Notes under the pieces: generated by a model | The model's database searches: none | What the model was told of the DNA's origin: nothing | Seen by the model: only the letters and a program-made list of their open reading frames with translations | DNA from: Candidatus Methylomirabilia bacterium | GTDB taxonomy: Bacteria; Methylomirabilota; Methylomirabilia; Rokubacteriales; CSP1-6 | Assembly (NCBI GenBank): GCA_041497895.1 | Contig: JBGQHJ010000004.1 | Location: 298-64,297, forward strand | Reading direction: 5' to 3' | Length of the DNA: 64,000 bases | Shown: piece after piece, positions 21,775-30,132 of the stretch | Position numbering within the stretch: position 1 is the stretch's first letter | Layout of the letters: every line of letters starts with the position of its first letter | Translations under genes and position numbers: made by a program

Positions 21775-23208
21775 TCAGTCCCGGTCCTCGCGCTTTGCGG
21801 TCTCGGCGCGCTCGCGATGGAGGCTGCGTGCGTGGAGCAGCAGGCCGAGCGCCAACCACAGCGCGATCACCGCCACCGGCACCGCGATCAGCCGCGGCCA
21901 GACGAGGCCGAGGAGGGCCAGCGCCACGAGCGCGACCCCGGCGCCGCCCATGATGCGCGCCTCGGCCGGACCCAGCGCGCGGCGCCCGGTCACCGCGGCA
22001 CTCACCGCGCTGCCGATGCTCACCGCCCCGGCGGCGGCCCGACCGGCGCTGCCTCGCCGCCGGGCCCGGCGGCGAGGCGAGGGCGCGGTCCGCACCACGC
22101 GCGAGCGCGCCGAGAGGGTGATCTCGGTGGCGCGCGTGAGGTCGTCGAGGTACATCCGCTCCATGGCCTGCGCGAAGCCTTCGTCCTCCACCGCCACGTC
22201 GAGCTCCCAGTTCCCGAACCAGGACTGCAGGTTCAGGTTGGTCGAGCCCACGCGGGCCCAGCGACCGTCCGCGACCGCGGTCTTGGCGTGCAGCATGGAT
22301 CCGTTCCACTCGTAGACGCGCACGCCCGCCTCGAGGAGCGGGCGATAGCCGGCCCGCGACAGGCCCCGCAGCAGCCAGATGTCGCTGGCGCCGGGCACCA
22401 GCAGGCGCACGTCGACGCCGTCGCGGGCCGCCGAGCTCAGGGCCTGCACATAGGTGGCCGTCCCGACGAAGTAGACGTCGGTGAGCCACAGCGTCCGCCG
22501 CGCCGCCGCCGCGATCAGCTGGTCCAGGCGGTACACCGCGGCGGTGCCCGGGGCGCTCGCGATCACCCGCATCGCCATGTGGCCGGCGGGCGCGGCGCGA
22601 TCACGGGCCAGCCGCGAGGTGCCGGGAGCCGGCGACCCGGCGGCCAGCGCCCACATCCGGGCGAACGCCTCCTCGAGCGCGGCCACCGCTGGCCCGCGCA
22701 CCGCCACGCCGGTGTCGCGCCATGGCTCGATCCCGCGCGCGGGATCGCCCACCCAGTGGCGGCCCACGCAGAGGCCGGTGACGAACGCGACCCGCCCGTC
22801 GACCGCGAGCATCTTCCGGTGATCGCGCGCCAGCCAGGCGAACGGGCTCGACAGGCCCGGCGGATTGAAGCCGCGCACCTCGACGCCCGCCGCGCGCAGG
22901 TCGCGCCAGAACCGCCGGCCGGTCTTGCCGACCGCGCCGAGCCAGTCGTAGATCACGCGCACGCGCACCCCCGAGCGGGCGCGCGCCGCGAGCGCGCGGG
23001 CGAACTCCTGTCCGGTCGCGTCGTCGTGGATGATGTAGCTCTCGAAGTGGATCGTGTGCTCCGCCGCCCGGATGGCCCCGAGCCACGCCGGGTAGTTCTG
23101 GCCCGCGTCCTTGAGCAGGCGCACCTCGTTGCCGGTGATGAGGGGTGCTCCCGACGCGCGGGCGAACGCTTGCTCGACGACCGGGAAGGTCTTCCGGGGC
23201 TCGTCCAC
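21775..23208 (-). CDS. Phospholipase D family protein / cardiolipin synthase-like
   Basis: 477 aa with two HKD motifs (HRKMLAVDG; HAKTAVADG) and C-terminal transmembrane helices. Confidence 0.9.
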   Translation of the reverse strand: MDEPRKTFPVVEQAFARASGAPLITGNEVRLLKDAGQNYPAWLGAIRAAEHTIHFESYIIHDDATGQEFARALAARARSGVRVRVIYDWLGAVGKTGRRFWRDLRAAGVEVRGFNPPGLSSPFAWLARDHRKMLAVDGRVAFVTGLCVGRHWVGDPARGIEPWRDTGVAVRGPAVAALEEAFARMWALAAGSPAPGTSRLARDRAAPAGHMAMRVIASAPGTAAVYRLDQLIAAAARRTLWLTDVYFVGTATYVQALSSAARDGVDVRLLVPGASDIWLLRGLSRAGYRPLLEAGVRVYEWNGSMLHAKTAVADGRWARVGSTNLNLQSWFGNWELDVAVEDEGFAQAMERMYLDDLTRATEITLSARSRVVRTAPSPRRRARRRGSAGRAAAGAVSIGSAVSAAVTGRRALGPAEARIMGGAGVALVALALLGLVWPRLIAVPVAVIALWLALGLLLHARSLHRERAETAKREDRD

Positions 23209-23215
23209 GGGTCCG

Positions 23216-23221
23216 ATTATG
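23216..23221 (-). promoter_or_regulatory. Possible -10 box (CATAAT) for the PLD/cls gene; would give a near-leaderless mRNA
   Basis: The minus strand reads gtagCATAATcggacccGTG. The hexamer ends 7 nt before GTG 23208. No convincing -35. Confidence 0.25.
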
Positions 23222-23275
23222 CTACAGCCCCCGGCGGGTCCCCCGGGGCATACTCGGCACGAGGGAGGTGCCGCG

Positions 23276-24133
23276 ATGGATGCCCTGCTGCCGCCTCAGA
23301 TGGCGGAGCGCGCCGAGACGATCGGGGTGGCGAAGACGTCGATGGACGCCTCGCGGCTCTTCGTGCTCGCGGTCCTGGCCGGCGCGTTCATCGCGCTGGG
23401 GGCCGTCTTCGCCACCACCGCGCTGGCCGGGTCGTCCGCCCTGCCCTGGGGGCCCGCCCGCGTGCTCGGCGGGGTCGCCTTCAGCCTCGGGCTCATCCTG
23501 GTGGTGGTGGGTGGCGCCGAGCTCTTCACCGGTAACAACCTGATCGTGATGGCGTGGGCGAGTGGCCGCGTGAGCACCCCCGCCCTCCTCCAAAACTGGG
23601 CCATCGTGTTCGCCGGCAACTTCGCGGGAGCCGCCGCGACCGCGCTCGCGGTCTGCCTGGCCGGCACCGCCCGCGGCGGCGACGGCGCGTTCGGCGAGGC
23701 CGCCTTCGCCATCGCGCAGGCCAAGCTCGCGCTCCACCCGTTCCAGGCGGTGGTGCTCGGCATGCTGGGCAACTCGCTCGTGTGTCTCGCGGTATGGCTC
23801 GGCTACAGCGCGCGGACCACCGCCGACCGGATCCTCGCGATCGTGCCGCCGATCAGCGCGTTCGTGGCCGCCGGCTTCGAGCACTCGGTCGCGAACATGT
23901 ACTTCGTGCCCTATGCGATCTTCGTCACCGCGCTCGATCCGGAGTGGGTCCGCGCGCACGCGCCGGCCGCGGGCGCCGCCGCGCCGACGTGGGGCGCGTT
24001 CCTGGTGCGCAACCTGGCGCCGGTCACGCTCGGCAACATCATCGGCGGCGCGGTGCTGGTGGGCGCGGTCTACTGGTTCGTCTACCTGCGGGGCCGGCCG
24101 GGCTCGAAGCGCGCGAGCGGGCGCGAGTCCTAG
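23276..24133 (+). CDS. Formate/nitrite transporter (FNT) family protein
   Basis: 285 aa. GAELFTGNN and FEHSVANMY are signature FNT motifs. Confidence 0.9.
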   Translation: MDALLPPQMAERAETIGVAKTSMDASRLFVLAVLAGAFIALGAVFATTALAGSSALPWGPARVLGGVAFSLGLILVVVGGAELFTGNNLIVMAWASGRVSTPALLQNWAIVFAGNFAGAAATALAVCLAGTARGGDGAFGEAAFAIAQAKLALHPFQAVVLGMLGNSLVCLAVWLGYSARTTADRILAIVPPISAFVAAGFEHSVANMYFVPYAIFVTALDPEWVRAHAPAAGAAAPTWGAFLVRNLAPVTLGNIIGGAVLVGAVYWFVYLRGRPGSKRASGRES

Positions 24134-25227
24134 GCGGGGGCCTCGTCGCCGAAGATCGTCCCCACGCTGCGCGCCACCGTCACGCGCTCCCCGAGCGGAT
24201 CGACGAGACGCGGACGGGTGACGGTCTCATCGATGGGCACGCGCTCGATCCGATTGCCGTGCAGGGCCACCATGCACCCGGAGTCGCCCTCGGCGAGCGC
24301 GGTCACCGCCGCGACCCCGAACCGGGTCGCCAGCATCCGATCGAACGCGGTCGGGCCCCCGCCGCGCTGCAGGTGCCCCAGCACGACGCAGCGCACCTCG
24401 AAGGGCACGAGGGCCTCGAGCGCGTGGGAGACCACCGCCCCCACCCCGCCCAGGCGGATCGGCTCCGGGCTGTCCGCGATCCGCTGGTGCACCACCGGGC
24501 CCCCGTCGGGACGGAGGGCTCCCTCCGCCACCACCACGATCGAGAACCGGCGGCCGCGATGGGCGCGCGCGAGGATGCCGGTGGCGGCGGCCTCGTAGCG
24601 GAACGGGATCTCCGGGATCAGGACCACGTCCCCGCCCGCCGCGATCCCGGCCTCGAGGGCGATCCAGCCCGCCTGCCGGCCCATCACCTCGACCACCATG
24701 ACGCGGTGATGGGCGGCGGCGGTGGTGTGCAGCCGATCGAGCGCCTCGGTCGCCACGCCCAGGGCCGAGTCGAACCCGACCGTGATGTCGGTGCCCGACA
24801 CGTCGTTGTCGATGGTCTTCGGGATGCCGACGATCGGCAGGCCCCGCGCGGCGAGCCGCCGGGCGATCGTGAGGCTACCGTCGCCGCCGACCACCACCAG
24901 GCCGTCGAGCCCGTGCCGCGCCGCGGTGGCCAGCACCGCGTCCGATCGATCCTCGTAGCCGGTCCCGCCCACGATCGGAACGCGGAACGGATCGTCGCGG
25001 TTGGAGGCGCCCAGCATCGTGCCCCCCTGGGCGAGAATGCCGGCCACGTCGTCGAACCCGAGCGGGCGGGCACGATCCGCGAGCAGCCCGGCGAAGCCGT
25101 CGAGGAAGCCGGTCACCCGGAGCTCGTGCCGGTGCTCCGCGGTCTTCACCACCGCGCGCACCGCCGCGTTCATCCCCGGGCAATCGCCGCCCGCGGTCAG
25201 GACGCCGATGTGGCGGGGGCGCGCCAT
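24130..25227 (-). CDS. pfkA: ATP-dependent 6-phosphofructokinase
   Basis: 365 aa. GVLTAGGDCPGMNAA, VVVGGDGS, IVGIPKTIDND, MGRQAG. Confidence 0.9.
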   Translation of the reverse strand: MARPRHIGVLTAGGDCPGMNAAVRAVVKTAEHRHELRVTGFLDGFAGLLADRARPLGFDDVAGILAQGGTMLGASNRDDPFRVPIVGGTGYEDRSDAVLATAARHGLDGLVVVGGDGSLTIARRLAARGLPIVGIPKTIDNDVSGTDITVGFDSALGVATEALDRLHTTAAAHHRVMVVEVMGRQAGWIALEAGIAAGGDVVLIPEIPFRYEAAATGILARAHRGRRFSIVVVAEGALRPDGGPVVHQRIADSPEPIRLGGVGAVVSHALEALVPFEVRCVVLGHLQRGGGPTAFDRMLATRFGVAAVTALAEGDSGCMVALHGNRIERVPIDETVTRPRLVDPLGERVTVARSVGTIFGDEAPA

Positions 25228-25260
25228 GCCCGGCCGATCAGCTGCGCTGCGCTTTCCAGA

Positions 25261-25566
25261 TCACCGCAGCGATGCGAGGTAGGAGGCGAGGGCCTGCACT
25301 TCGGCCTCGGTGAGCTGGAGCTTCGGCATGTGCTGGCGCGGCTTCTGCTGCGAGGGGTCGCGCAGCCAGCGGCCGAGGTAGGCCTCGTCGTGCTTCGCGC
25401 CGATCCGGGAGAGGTCCGTCGCGATCGGCGTGCCCGTCGCGCCGACCGTGTGACAGCCGTAGCAGCCCTGGTCCCTGAAGAGGCCCTTCCCGCGGGCCAC
25501 CAGCGCGCCGTCCTCCGCCTCCACGCCCGCGGCCAGCAACAGCATCAGCAGCAGTCCCTTGATCAC
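25261..25566 (-). CDS. Monoheme c-type cytochrome (class I-like), secreted
   Basis: Heme motif CYGCH and distal HMP Met. GTG 25566 is preceded by AAGGAGG. Signal peptide VIKGLLLMLLLAAG. Paralog of 45193..45534. Confidence 0.8.
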   Translation of the reverse strand: MIKGLLLMLLLAAGVEAEDGALVARGKGLFRDQGCYGCHTVGATGTPIATDLSRIGAKHDEAYLGRWLRDPSQQKPRQHMPKLQLTEAEVQALASYLASLR

Positions 25567-25925
25567 GGCACGACCTCCTTGCTCTCCTGGCAGACCACGC
25601 ACAAGCGCGCCGCGGGTACCGCCCGCAGGCGCGCGAGCGCGATGGGCTCACGGCAGCTCTCGCACATCCCGTACGCGCCCGATGCCAGCCGGCGCAGTGC
25701 GGCGGCCACCTCGTCGAGCTCCCGCTTCTCCTGACCCGCCAGCCGGGACATCAGCGTGGTCATCGAGCGCGACGAGGCATTGTCCAGCGAGTCGCCGGGG
25801 CCCGGGGCCTCGAGCGCCGACACCTCCTCGTCGCTGGCGGCCACCGTGCGCAGCAGGCTCTCGCGGGCCGCGAGGAGCCGACGGCGGAACTCGTCGTGCA
25901 GGGTCGAATCGAACCGGCCATCCAT
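25563..25925 (-). CDS. DksA/TraR-family C4-type zinc-finger protein
   Basis: 120 aa with a coiled-coil N-terminus and C-terminal CESCREPI...RLCVVC. GAGGAGG precedes ATG 25925. Confidence 0.8.
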   Translation of the reverse strand: MDGRFDSTLHDEFRRRLLAARESLLRTVAASDEEVSALEAPGPGDSLDNASSRSMTTLMSRLAGQEKRELDEVAAALRRLASGAYGMCESCREPIALARLRAVPAARLCVVCQESKEVVP

Positions 25926-25964
25926 CGCGCTCCTCCTCGGTTGTTCTTCCTGGGCAGAGGCAGC

Positions 25965-25980
25965 TGCAACGTGAGTGCCA
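25965..25980 (-). promoter_or_regulatory. Sigma-54 promoter, perfect consensus, upstream of the dksA-like / cytochrome c / pfkA operon
   Basis: The minus strand reads TGGCAC-tcacg-TTGCA. Predicted +1 is ~25954, 29 nt before ATG 25925. Confidence 0.75.
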
Positions 25981-26118
25981 TGCGGTAAGGCTGAAGAATC
26001 AGGACGTTGGCAGGGCCGACGCACACCTGCGTGGGGAGGGCGTGCCTCAGTCGGGGCCGGGCGGCCCCGAACCGGCGGGCCGCCGCTCGGGTCACGCCAC
26101 CAGGCCGTCACTCGCCCA

Positions 26119-26538
26119 TCACGCCGATGCCGGCGCGATGGCGTCCATCAGATCGTTGCGGGAGACCATGCCGACGACCCGCTGTTCGTCGTCGATGACG
26201 GGCAGGCTCCGGAGCTTCGACTCGGTGAGGTACTCGACCGCGGAAGCCAGCGACTCCGTCGGGCGCAGGGCCAGGACCCCGTGAGCCATGAACCGGGACA
26301 CCGGCTGCTGCCAGACCTCGGGGGTTTCGATGGCCAGGCACGCGACGCGCAGGAGGTCGCCCTTGGTGACCATGCCGACCAGACGTCCTTCGCGCGTGAC
26401 GACCGGAAACGCATTGTAGTCGTACTTGGCCGCGACGTTGCGGACCTCGAGCATCGGGATCGCCTCGATGATCTGCACGATCTTCCGCGTCATCACGGTC
26501 TCCACCGGAGCGGCCAGCGCGCTCGGCGCGGAGCCCAT
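26119..26538 (-). CDS. CBS-pair domain protein
   Basis: 139 aa with two CBS repeats. ATG 26538 overlaps the stop of the upstream DUF2267 gene. Confidence 0.85.
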   Translation of the reverse strand: MGSAPSALAAPVETVMTRKIVQIIEAIPMLEVRNVAAKYDYNAFPVVTREGRLVGMVTKGDLLRVACLAIETPEVWQQPVSRFMAHGVLALRPTESLASAVEYLTESKLRSLPVIDDEQRVVGMVSRNDLMDAIAPASA

Positions 26539-26927
26539 CACGCGTCCTCCCAGACGTCCTTGAGATCGCGGGGCAGCTGCGCACACACGTCGTCGGCCTC
26601 GCCGGGCGAGAGCTGCTCCTTGAGCGCGGCGAAGACGCCGATGGTGAGGAAGCGGGCCTCGCGAATGGTCTTGAGGCCCGCCTCCCGCCTGACCCGCTCG
26701 TAGAACTCCGGGCGATTCATCTTGATCGGCTTGCGCCCCGGCACGTCGCCGGCTTTCCACACCTCCTTGAGCGCGCGCGGCAGCTGCGCGACCGCCTGCG
26801 CCGCCTCCGTCGGCAGCAGGCGGTCCCGCAGGGCGTGGAGGACGGCCGCGGATCCGACCTTGGCCACCCCCCGATCCGTCTGCCCGGTCTCGTCGATCAC
26901 CCGGCGGTAGAAGCTGAGCGTGGTCAT
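26538..26927 (-). CDS. DUF2267 domain protein
   Basis: 129 aa with two tandem DUF2267-like halves (...AVLHALRDRLLPTEAAQAVAQLP...; ...GVFAALKEQLSPGEADDVCAQLP...). Confidence 0.8.
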   Translation of the reverse strand: MTTLSFYRRVIDETGQTDRGVAKVGSAAVLHALRDRLLPTEAAQAVAQLPRALKEVWKAGDVPGRKPIKMNRPEFYERVRREAGLKTIREARFLTIGVFAALKEQLSPGEADDVCAQLPRDLKDVWEDA

Positions 26928-26941
26928 TGGGATCCCTCCGG

Positions 26942-27424
26942 CTACTTCTTCAACAGACCGAGTGCCTCGCGGGCCTTGCGGGCCGAGAGGGTCATGTCAC
27001 CCTTCTTGCAGGCGGCATCCGCCTGCTGGACGAGCGCGCCGGCCTGCTTCACCCGCGGCGCCTGGATGTCCTGCCCGCGCGGCACCGGAGGCTCCTGCTG
27101 GCTGCGGGGCGCCTGAATGTCCTGCTGGCGCGGTGCCTGAATGTCCTGCTGCCGCGGTGCCTGAATGTCCTGCTGCCGCGGTGCCTGGATGTCCTGCTGG
27201 CGCGGTGCCTGAATGTCCTGCTGCCGCGGTGCCTGAATGTCCTGCGACCGGGCGCCCGCCTGACTGCGAGGAGACTGGATGTCCTGGCTCTTGGCCTGGG
27301 CGCTCTTGAGCGCGGCCTTGGCCTGGGCCAGCTCCGCCGGACATGGATCGGCAGCTCGGGCCACTCCGGGCGTCGTGAGCGCGATGATCCCGAGACCGAG
27401 CACGACAGCGACGACTTGCCTCAT
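26942..27424 (-). CDS. Secreted tandem-repeat protein with eight QDIQ(A/S)PR repeats; unknown function
   Basis: ATG 27424 is preceded by AAGGAGA. Signal peptide MRQVVAVVLGLGIIALTTPGVARA. Repeats are flanked by short helical regions each containing Cys. GC3 is high in this frame. Confidence 0.7.
   Translation of the reverse strand: MRQVVAVVLGLGIIALTTPGVARAADPCPAELAQAKAALKSAQAKSQDIQSPRSQAGARSQDIQAPRQQDIQAPRQQDIQAPRQQDIQAPRQQDIQAPRQQDIQAPRSQQEPPVPRGQDIQAPRVKQAGALVQQADAACKKGDMTLSARKAREALGLLKK
27111..27254 (-). repeat. Tandem 24-bp repeat x6 (plus-strand unit gcctgaatgtcctgctgccgcggt) inside the repeat-protein CDS
   Basis: Copies start at 27111, 27135, 27159, 27183, 27207 and 27231. Degenerate copies are at ~27060 and ~27273. 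In frame, 8 aa per unit (QQDIQAPR). Confidence 0.9.
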
Positions 27425-27459
27425 GGCATTCTCCTTTTGATGGACCCTTACACGGTGGG

Positions 27460-27475
27460 TGCATTCCGAGTGCCA
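27460..27475 (-). promoter_or_regulatory. Sigma-54 promoter upstream of the repeat-protein / DUF2267 / CBS operon
   Basis: The minus strand reads TGGCAC-tcgga-ATGCA. Predicted +1 is ~27449, 25 nt before ATG 27424. Confidence 0.65.
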
Positions 27476-27556
27476 CGCCACTCGGGTCGGCGGGTGCGAG
27501 AAAACGGGACGTTGGGCGGAGCCCGCGCGGCTCGGCTGGGGCGGCCCGCTCCGGAG

Positions 27557-27587
27557 TGAGGCGGCGATGCCCCGCCGCCCCGCCTCA
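27557..27587. promoter_or_regulatory. Inverted repeat TGAGGCGG-N15-CCGCCTCA; either the rtcB terminator hairpin or a UAS for the 27460 sigma-54 promoter
   Basis: 8-bp arms. The right arm overlaps the rtcB stop (27585-27587). It lies 82-112 nt upstream of the -24 element. The same 8-mers form the palindrome at 61149-61166. Confidence 0.35.
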
Positions 27588-29054
27588 GCCCTTGATGTTG
27601 CCGATCGGCGTGAGTGAAACCACGCGGCGGGAGATGTCGAGGCGGTGCAGGGTGTCGACCACCGCGGTCAGGTCCTTGTAGGCGAACCCGGCTTCCTCGG
27701 CCACTCCGGACTTGGACGCCGCGCGCACGACGATCCCGCGCTCCGCCATGCTCTTGATCAGGGTCTCCCCCCCCACTCGGCGCTTGGCCTGCGCGCGCGA
27801 CATGGTGCGGCCCGCGCCGTGGGCCGTCGAGCCCCAGGTCTCGGCCATGGCCCGTGCGGTCCCGACCAGGAGCGCGGAGCCGGTCTCCATGGAGCCGCCG
27901 ATGATCACCGGCTGGCCGATCTCCCGGTAGTCGGCGGGCACGTCGGGCTCGCCCGGCCCGAAGGAGCGCGTGGCGCCCTTGCGGTGCACGACCAGCTCCA
28001 GCGCCCGGCCGTCCACGACGTGGCGCTCGAGCTTGGCCGTGTTGTGGCAGACGTCGTAGACCACGGAGAGGCCGAGGGCATGCGCGTCGCGCCCGAACAC
28101 CTTGGAAAACACTTCCCGGATCCGGTGGGTGATCACTTGCCGGTTGGCGAACGCGGTGTTCGCCGCGGCCGTCATGGCCCCGAAGTAGGCCTGCCCTTCC
28201 TTCGACCGAAACGGCGCGCACGCGAGCTCGCGGTCCCGCACGCTGATGCCGTACTGCGGCATCACCCGGTCGAACATCTTGAGGTAGTCGGTGCCGACCT
28301 GATGACCGAAGCCGCGCGAGCCGCAGTGGAGCATGACGAAGATCTGACCGGGGCCGTCCACGCCGAGGACGCGCGCCACGCGCTCGTCGTGGATGGCGCC
28401 GGGCCGCACCACCTGGATCTCCAGGTAGTGGTTGCCGGAGCCCAGCGTCCCGAGCTGCTCCATCCCCCGCTCGAGCGCCCGCGCGCTGACCTGCTCGGGA
28501 TCGGCCCCGGGCAGGCAGCCGCCACTCTCGATGTGCGCGAGATCCTCGGGCCACGCGTAGCCGCGCGCCACGCACCAGCCGGCGCCCTCCACCATCACCT
28601 TGCGGAACTCCGACCCGGAGAGGCGCACGAAGCCCTTCGCGCCGACCCCGGCCGGCACCGAGCGGAACAGGGCATCGATCAGCTGGGGCAAGCGCGGCCG
28701 CACCTCGGCCTCGGTGAGGCCGGTCCGCACGAGCCGCATCCCGCAGTTGATGTCGAACCCGATGCCGCCCGGCGAGATCACCCCCGAGTCGGCGCGGAAC
28801 GCGGCGACCCCGCCGATCGGGAAGCCGTACCCCCAGTGGCCGTCGGGCATGCAGAGCGACGCGCGCACGATGCCGGGCAGGCAGGCCACGTTGGTGACCT
28901 GCTCGAACACGCCGTCGTCCATCTGCTCGAGCAACGGGCCCGAGGCGTAGAGACGCGCCGGCACCAGCATGCCGGGCTTCGCCTGCGCCGGGATCTCCCA
29001 GACGCACTCCTCGACCCGCCGGGCCGCGCCGCGCAGCGATTCGGTGATCTTCAT
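27585..29054 (-). CDS. rtcB: RNA-splicing ligase RtcB (3'-phosphate/5'-hydroxyl RNA ligase)
   Basis: 489 aa. GFDINCGMRL, GSGNHYLEIQ, HCGSRGFGHQ, HRKGATR and STAHGAGR motifs. Confidence 0.95.
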   Translation of the reverse strand: MKITESLRGAARRVEECVWEIPAQAKPGMLVPARLYASGPLLEQMDDGVFEQVTNVACLPGIVRASLCMPDGHWGYGFPIGGVAAFRADSGVISPGGIGFDINCGMRLVRTGLTEAEVRPRLPQLIDALFRSVPAGVGAKGFVRLSGSEFRKVMVEGAGWCVARGYAWPEDLAHIESGGCLPGADPEQVSARALERGMEQLGTLGSGNHYLEIQVVRPGAIHDERVARVLGVDGPGQIFVMLHCGSRGFGHQVGTDYLKMFDRVMPQYGISVRDRELACAPFRSKEGQAYFGAMTAAANTAFANRQVITHRIREVFSKVFGRDAHALGLSVVYDVCHNTAKLERHVVDGRALELVVHRKGATRSFGPGEPDVPADYREIGQPVIIGGSMETGSALLVGTARAMAETWGSTAHGAGRTMSRAQAKRRVGGETLIKSMAERGIVVRAASKSGVAEEAGFAYKDLTAVVDTLHRLDISRRVVSLTPIGNIKG

Positions 29055-29061
29055 GCGTCTC

Positions 29062-29490
29062 CTAGATGTCGATGACCACTCGCGCGCGCCAGCCTCCCTC
29101 GACGGGCGCGAGCGCGAACTGGTGGAAGGTGACCGCCTTGGGGTCGGCCCCCAGCGCGGTACGCGGGGGATCGATGATACCGCCCTGGACGTCGGCGGTC
29201 AGCCGGTACGGCCCCTCCCCCGTCACGCGCACCACCGCGTGGGGAAAGACCTGGGCGTCCCGGTCCTTGAGAAAGATCATCTCGGACAGCCAGTCGTACA
29301 GCAGCAGGTCGCGCTCCGCGGCCTCGAGCTCGATCCGCCGCTCGACCGTGATCGCCAGCGTGCCCGGATCCACCATGAGGCGGGCGATGGCCGCCGCCGC
29401 GGTCTCGAAGAGATCGTCGAGGGACTTCCCCTCGATCTCGACCGCGCAGTCGGCCAGCGCCACGTCCTCCAGGAACGTGTAGCGCCCCAT
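29062..29490 (-). CDS. Archease (RtcB cofactor)
   Basis: 142 aa. Starts MGRYTFLEDVALADCAVEIEG (archease N-terminal D...ADxA motif), with KAVTFH near the C-terminus. Located immediately upstream of rtcB. Confidence 0.85.
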   Translation of the reverse strand: MGRYTFLEDVALADCAVEIEGKSLDDLFETAAAAIARLMVDPGTLAITVERRIELEAAERDLLLYDWLSEMIFLKDRDAQVFPHAVVRVTGEGPYRLTADVQGGIIDPPRTALGADPKAVTFHQFALAPVEGGWRARVVIDI

Positions 29491-29495
29491 CCGGG

Positions 29496-29702
29496 CTAGC
29501 GGCCGCCGGGGATCACGGTCTCCTTCCGCGTCGAGATGCCGAGCGCCGACCAGATCGGGCACCATCCCGCGAGCGCGGTGGCGATCGGGACCACCCCGAT
29601 CAGGCCCCACCACGTCTGCGGTCCCACCACGACCAGGGCCAGCAACACCACGCCGACCAGGACCCGGATCACTCGTTCCGCACTCCCCACGTTGAGCGTC
29701 AT
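29496..29702 (-). CDS. DUF2892 (YgaP-like) small membrane protein
   Basis: 68 aa with two TM helices and the GWCP motif. Confidence 0.7.
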   Translation of the reverse strand: MTLNVGSAERVIRVLVGVVLLALVVVGPQTWWGLIGVVPIATALAGWCPIWSALGISTRKETVIPGGR

Positions 29703-29726
29703 CTCGCCTCCTCCTCTCGGGTCAGG

Positions 29727-30119
29727 TCAGCTCTCCGCCGCCTCCGCCATGATCGCCTCGAGCGTGGCCTCCACCTCGCGGGCGACCTCCTTGAGACCCG
29801 GGGTCCCGTAGAGGTCGATCAGCGCGCTCGGCTTGATGGTGGCCAGCTTGGTGACGCCGCCCTCCTCGTAGAGCGAGATCCGGCACGGCAGCGCGGTGGA
29901 GATCTCGAGGTTGGTGTCGAGCACCTTCTTCGCCTGGATCGGGTTGCACACCTCGAAGATCCGGCACTCGTGGTCGAAGGACACGCCCTTCTCGGCCATC
30001 TTGGCCCGGAGGTCGTGCGTCCCCAGCACCCCGAACTTGTGGCGGGCCACCGCGGCCTCGAGATCCTTGGCGACCCGATCCAGCGGCTTGCGGGATTGAA
30101 CGACGTGCAGCATCGGCAT
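29727..30119 (-). CDS. DUF302 domain protein
   Basis: 130 aa. FGVLGTHDL...FEVCNP...LPCRISLYE is typical of DUF302. Confidence 0.85.
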   Translation of the reverse strand: MPMLHVVQSRKPLDRVAKDLEAAVARHKFGVLGTHDLRAKMAEKGVSFDHECRIFEVCNPIQAKKVLDTNLEISTALPCRISLYEEGGVTKLATIKPSALIDLYGTPGLKEVAREVEATLEAIMAEAAES

Positions 30120-30132
30120 GATTGTCCTCCTC

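Noticed and set aside
27060-27290. The 24-bp direct repeats as a possible CRISPR array.
   Set aside because: The units are strictly head-to-tail with no spacers, are in frame, and lie inside a CDS encoding QDIQAPR repeats. No cas genes are present.
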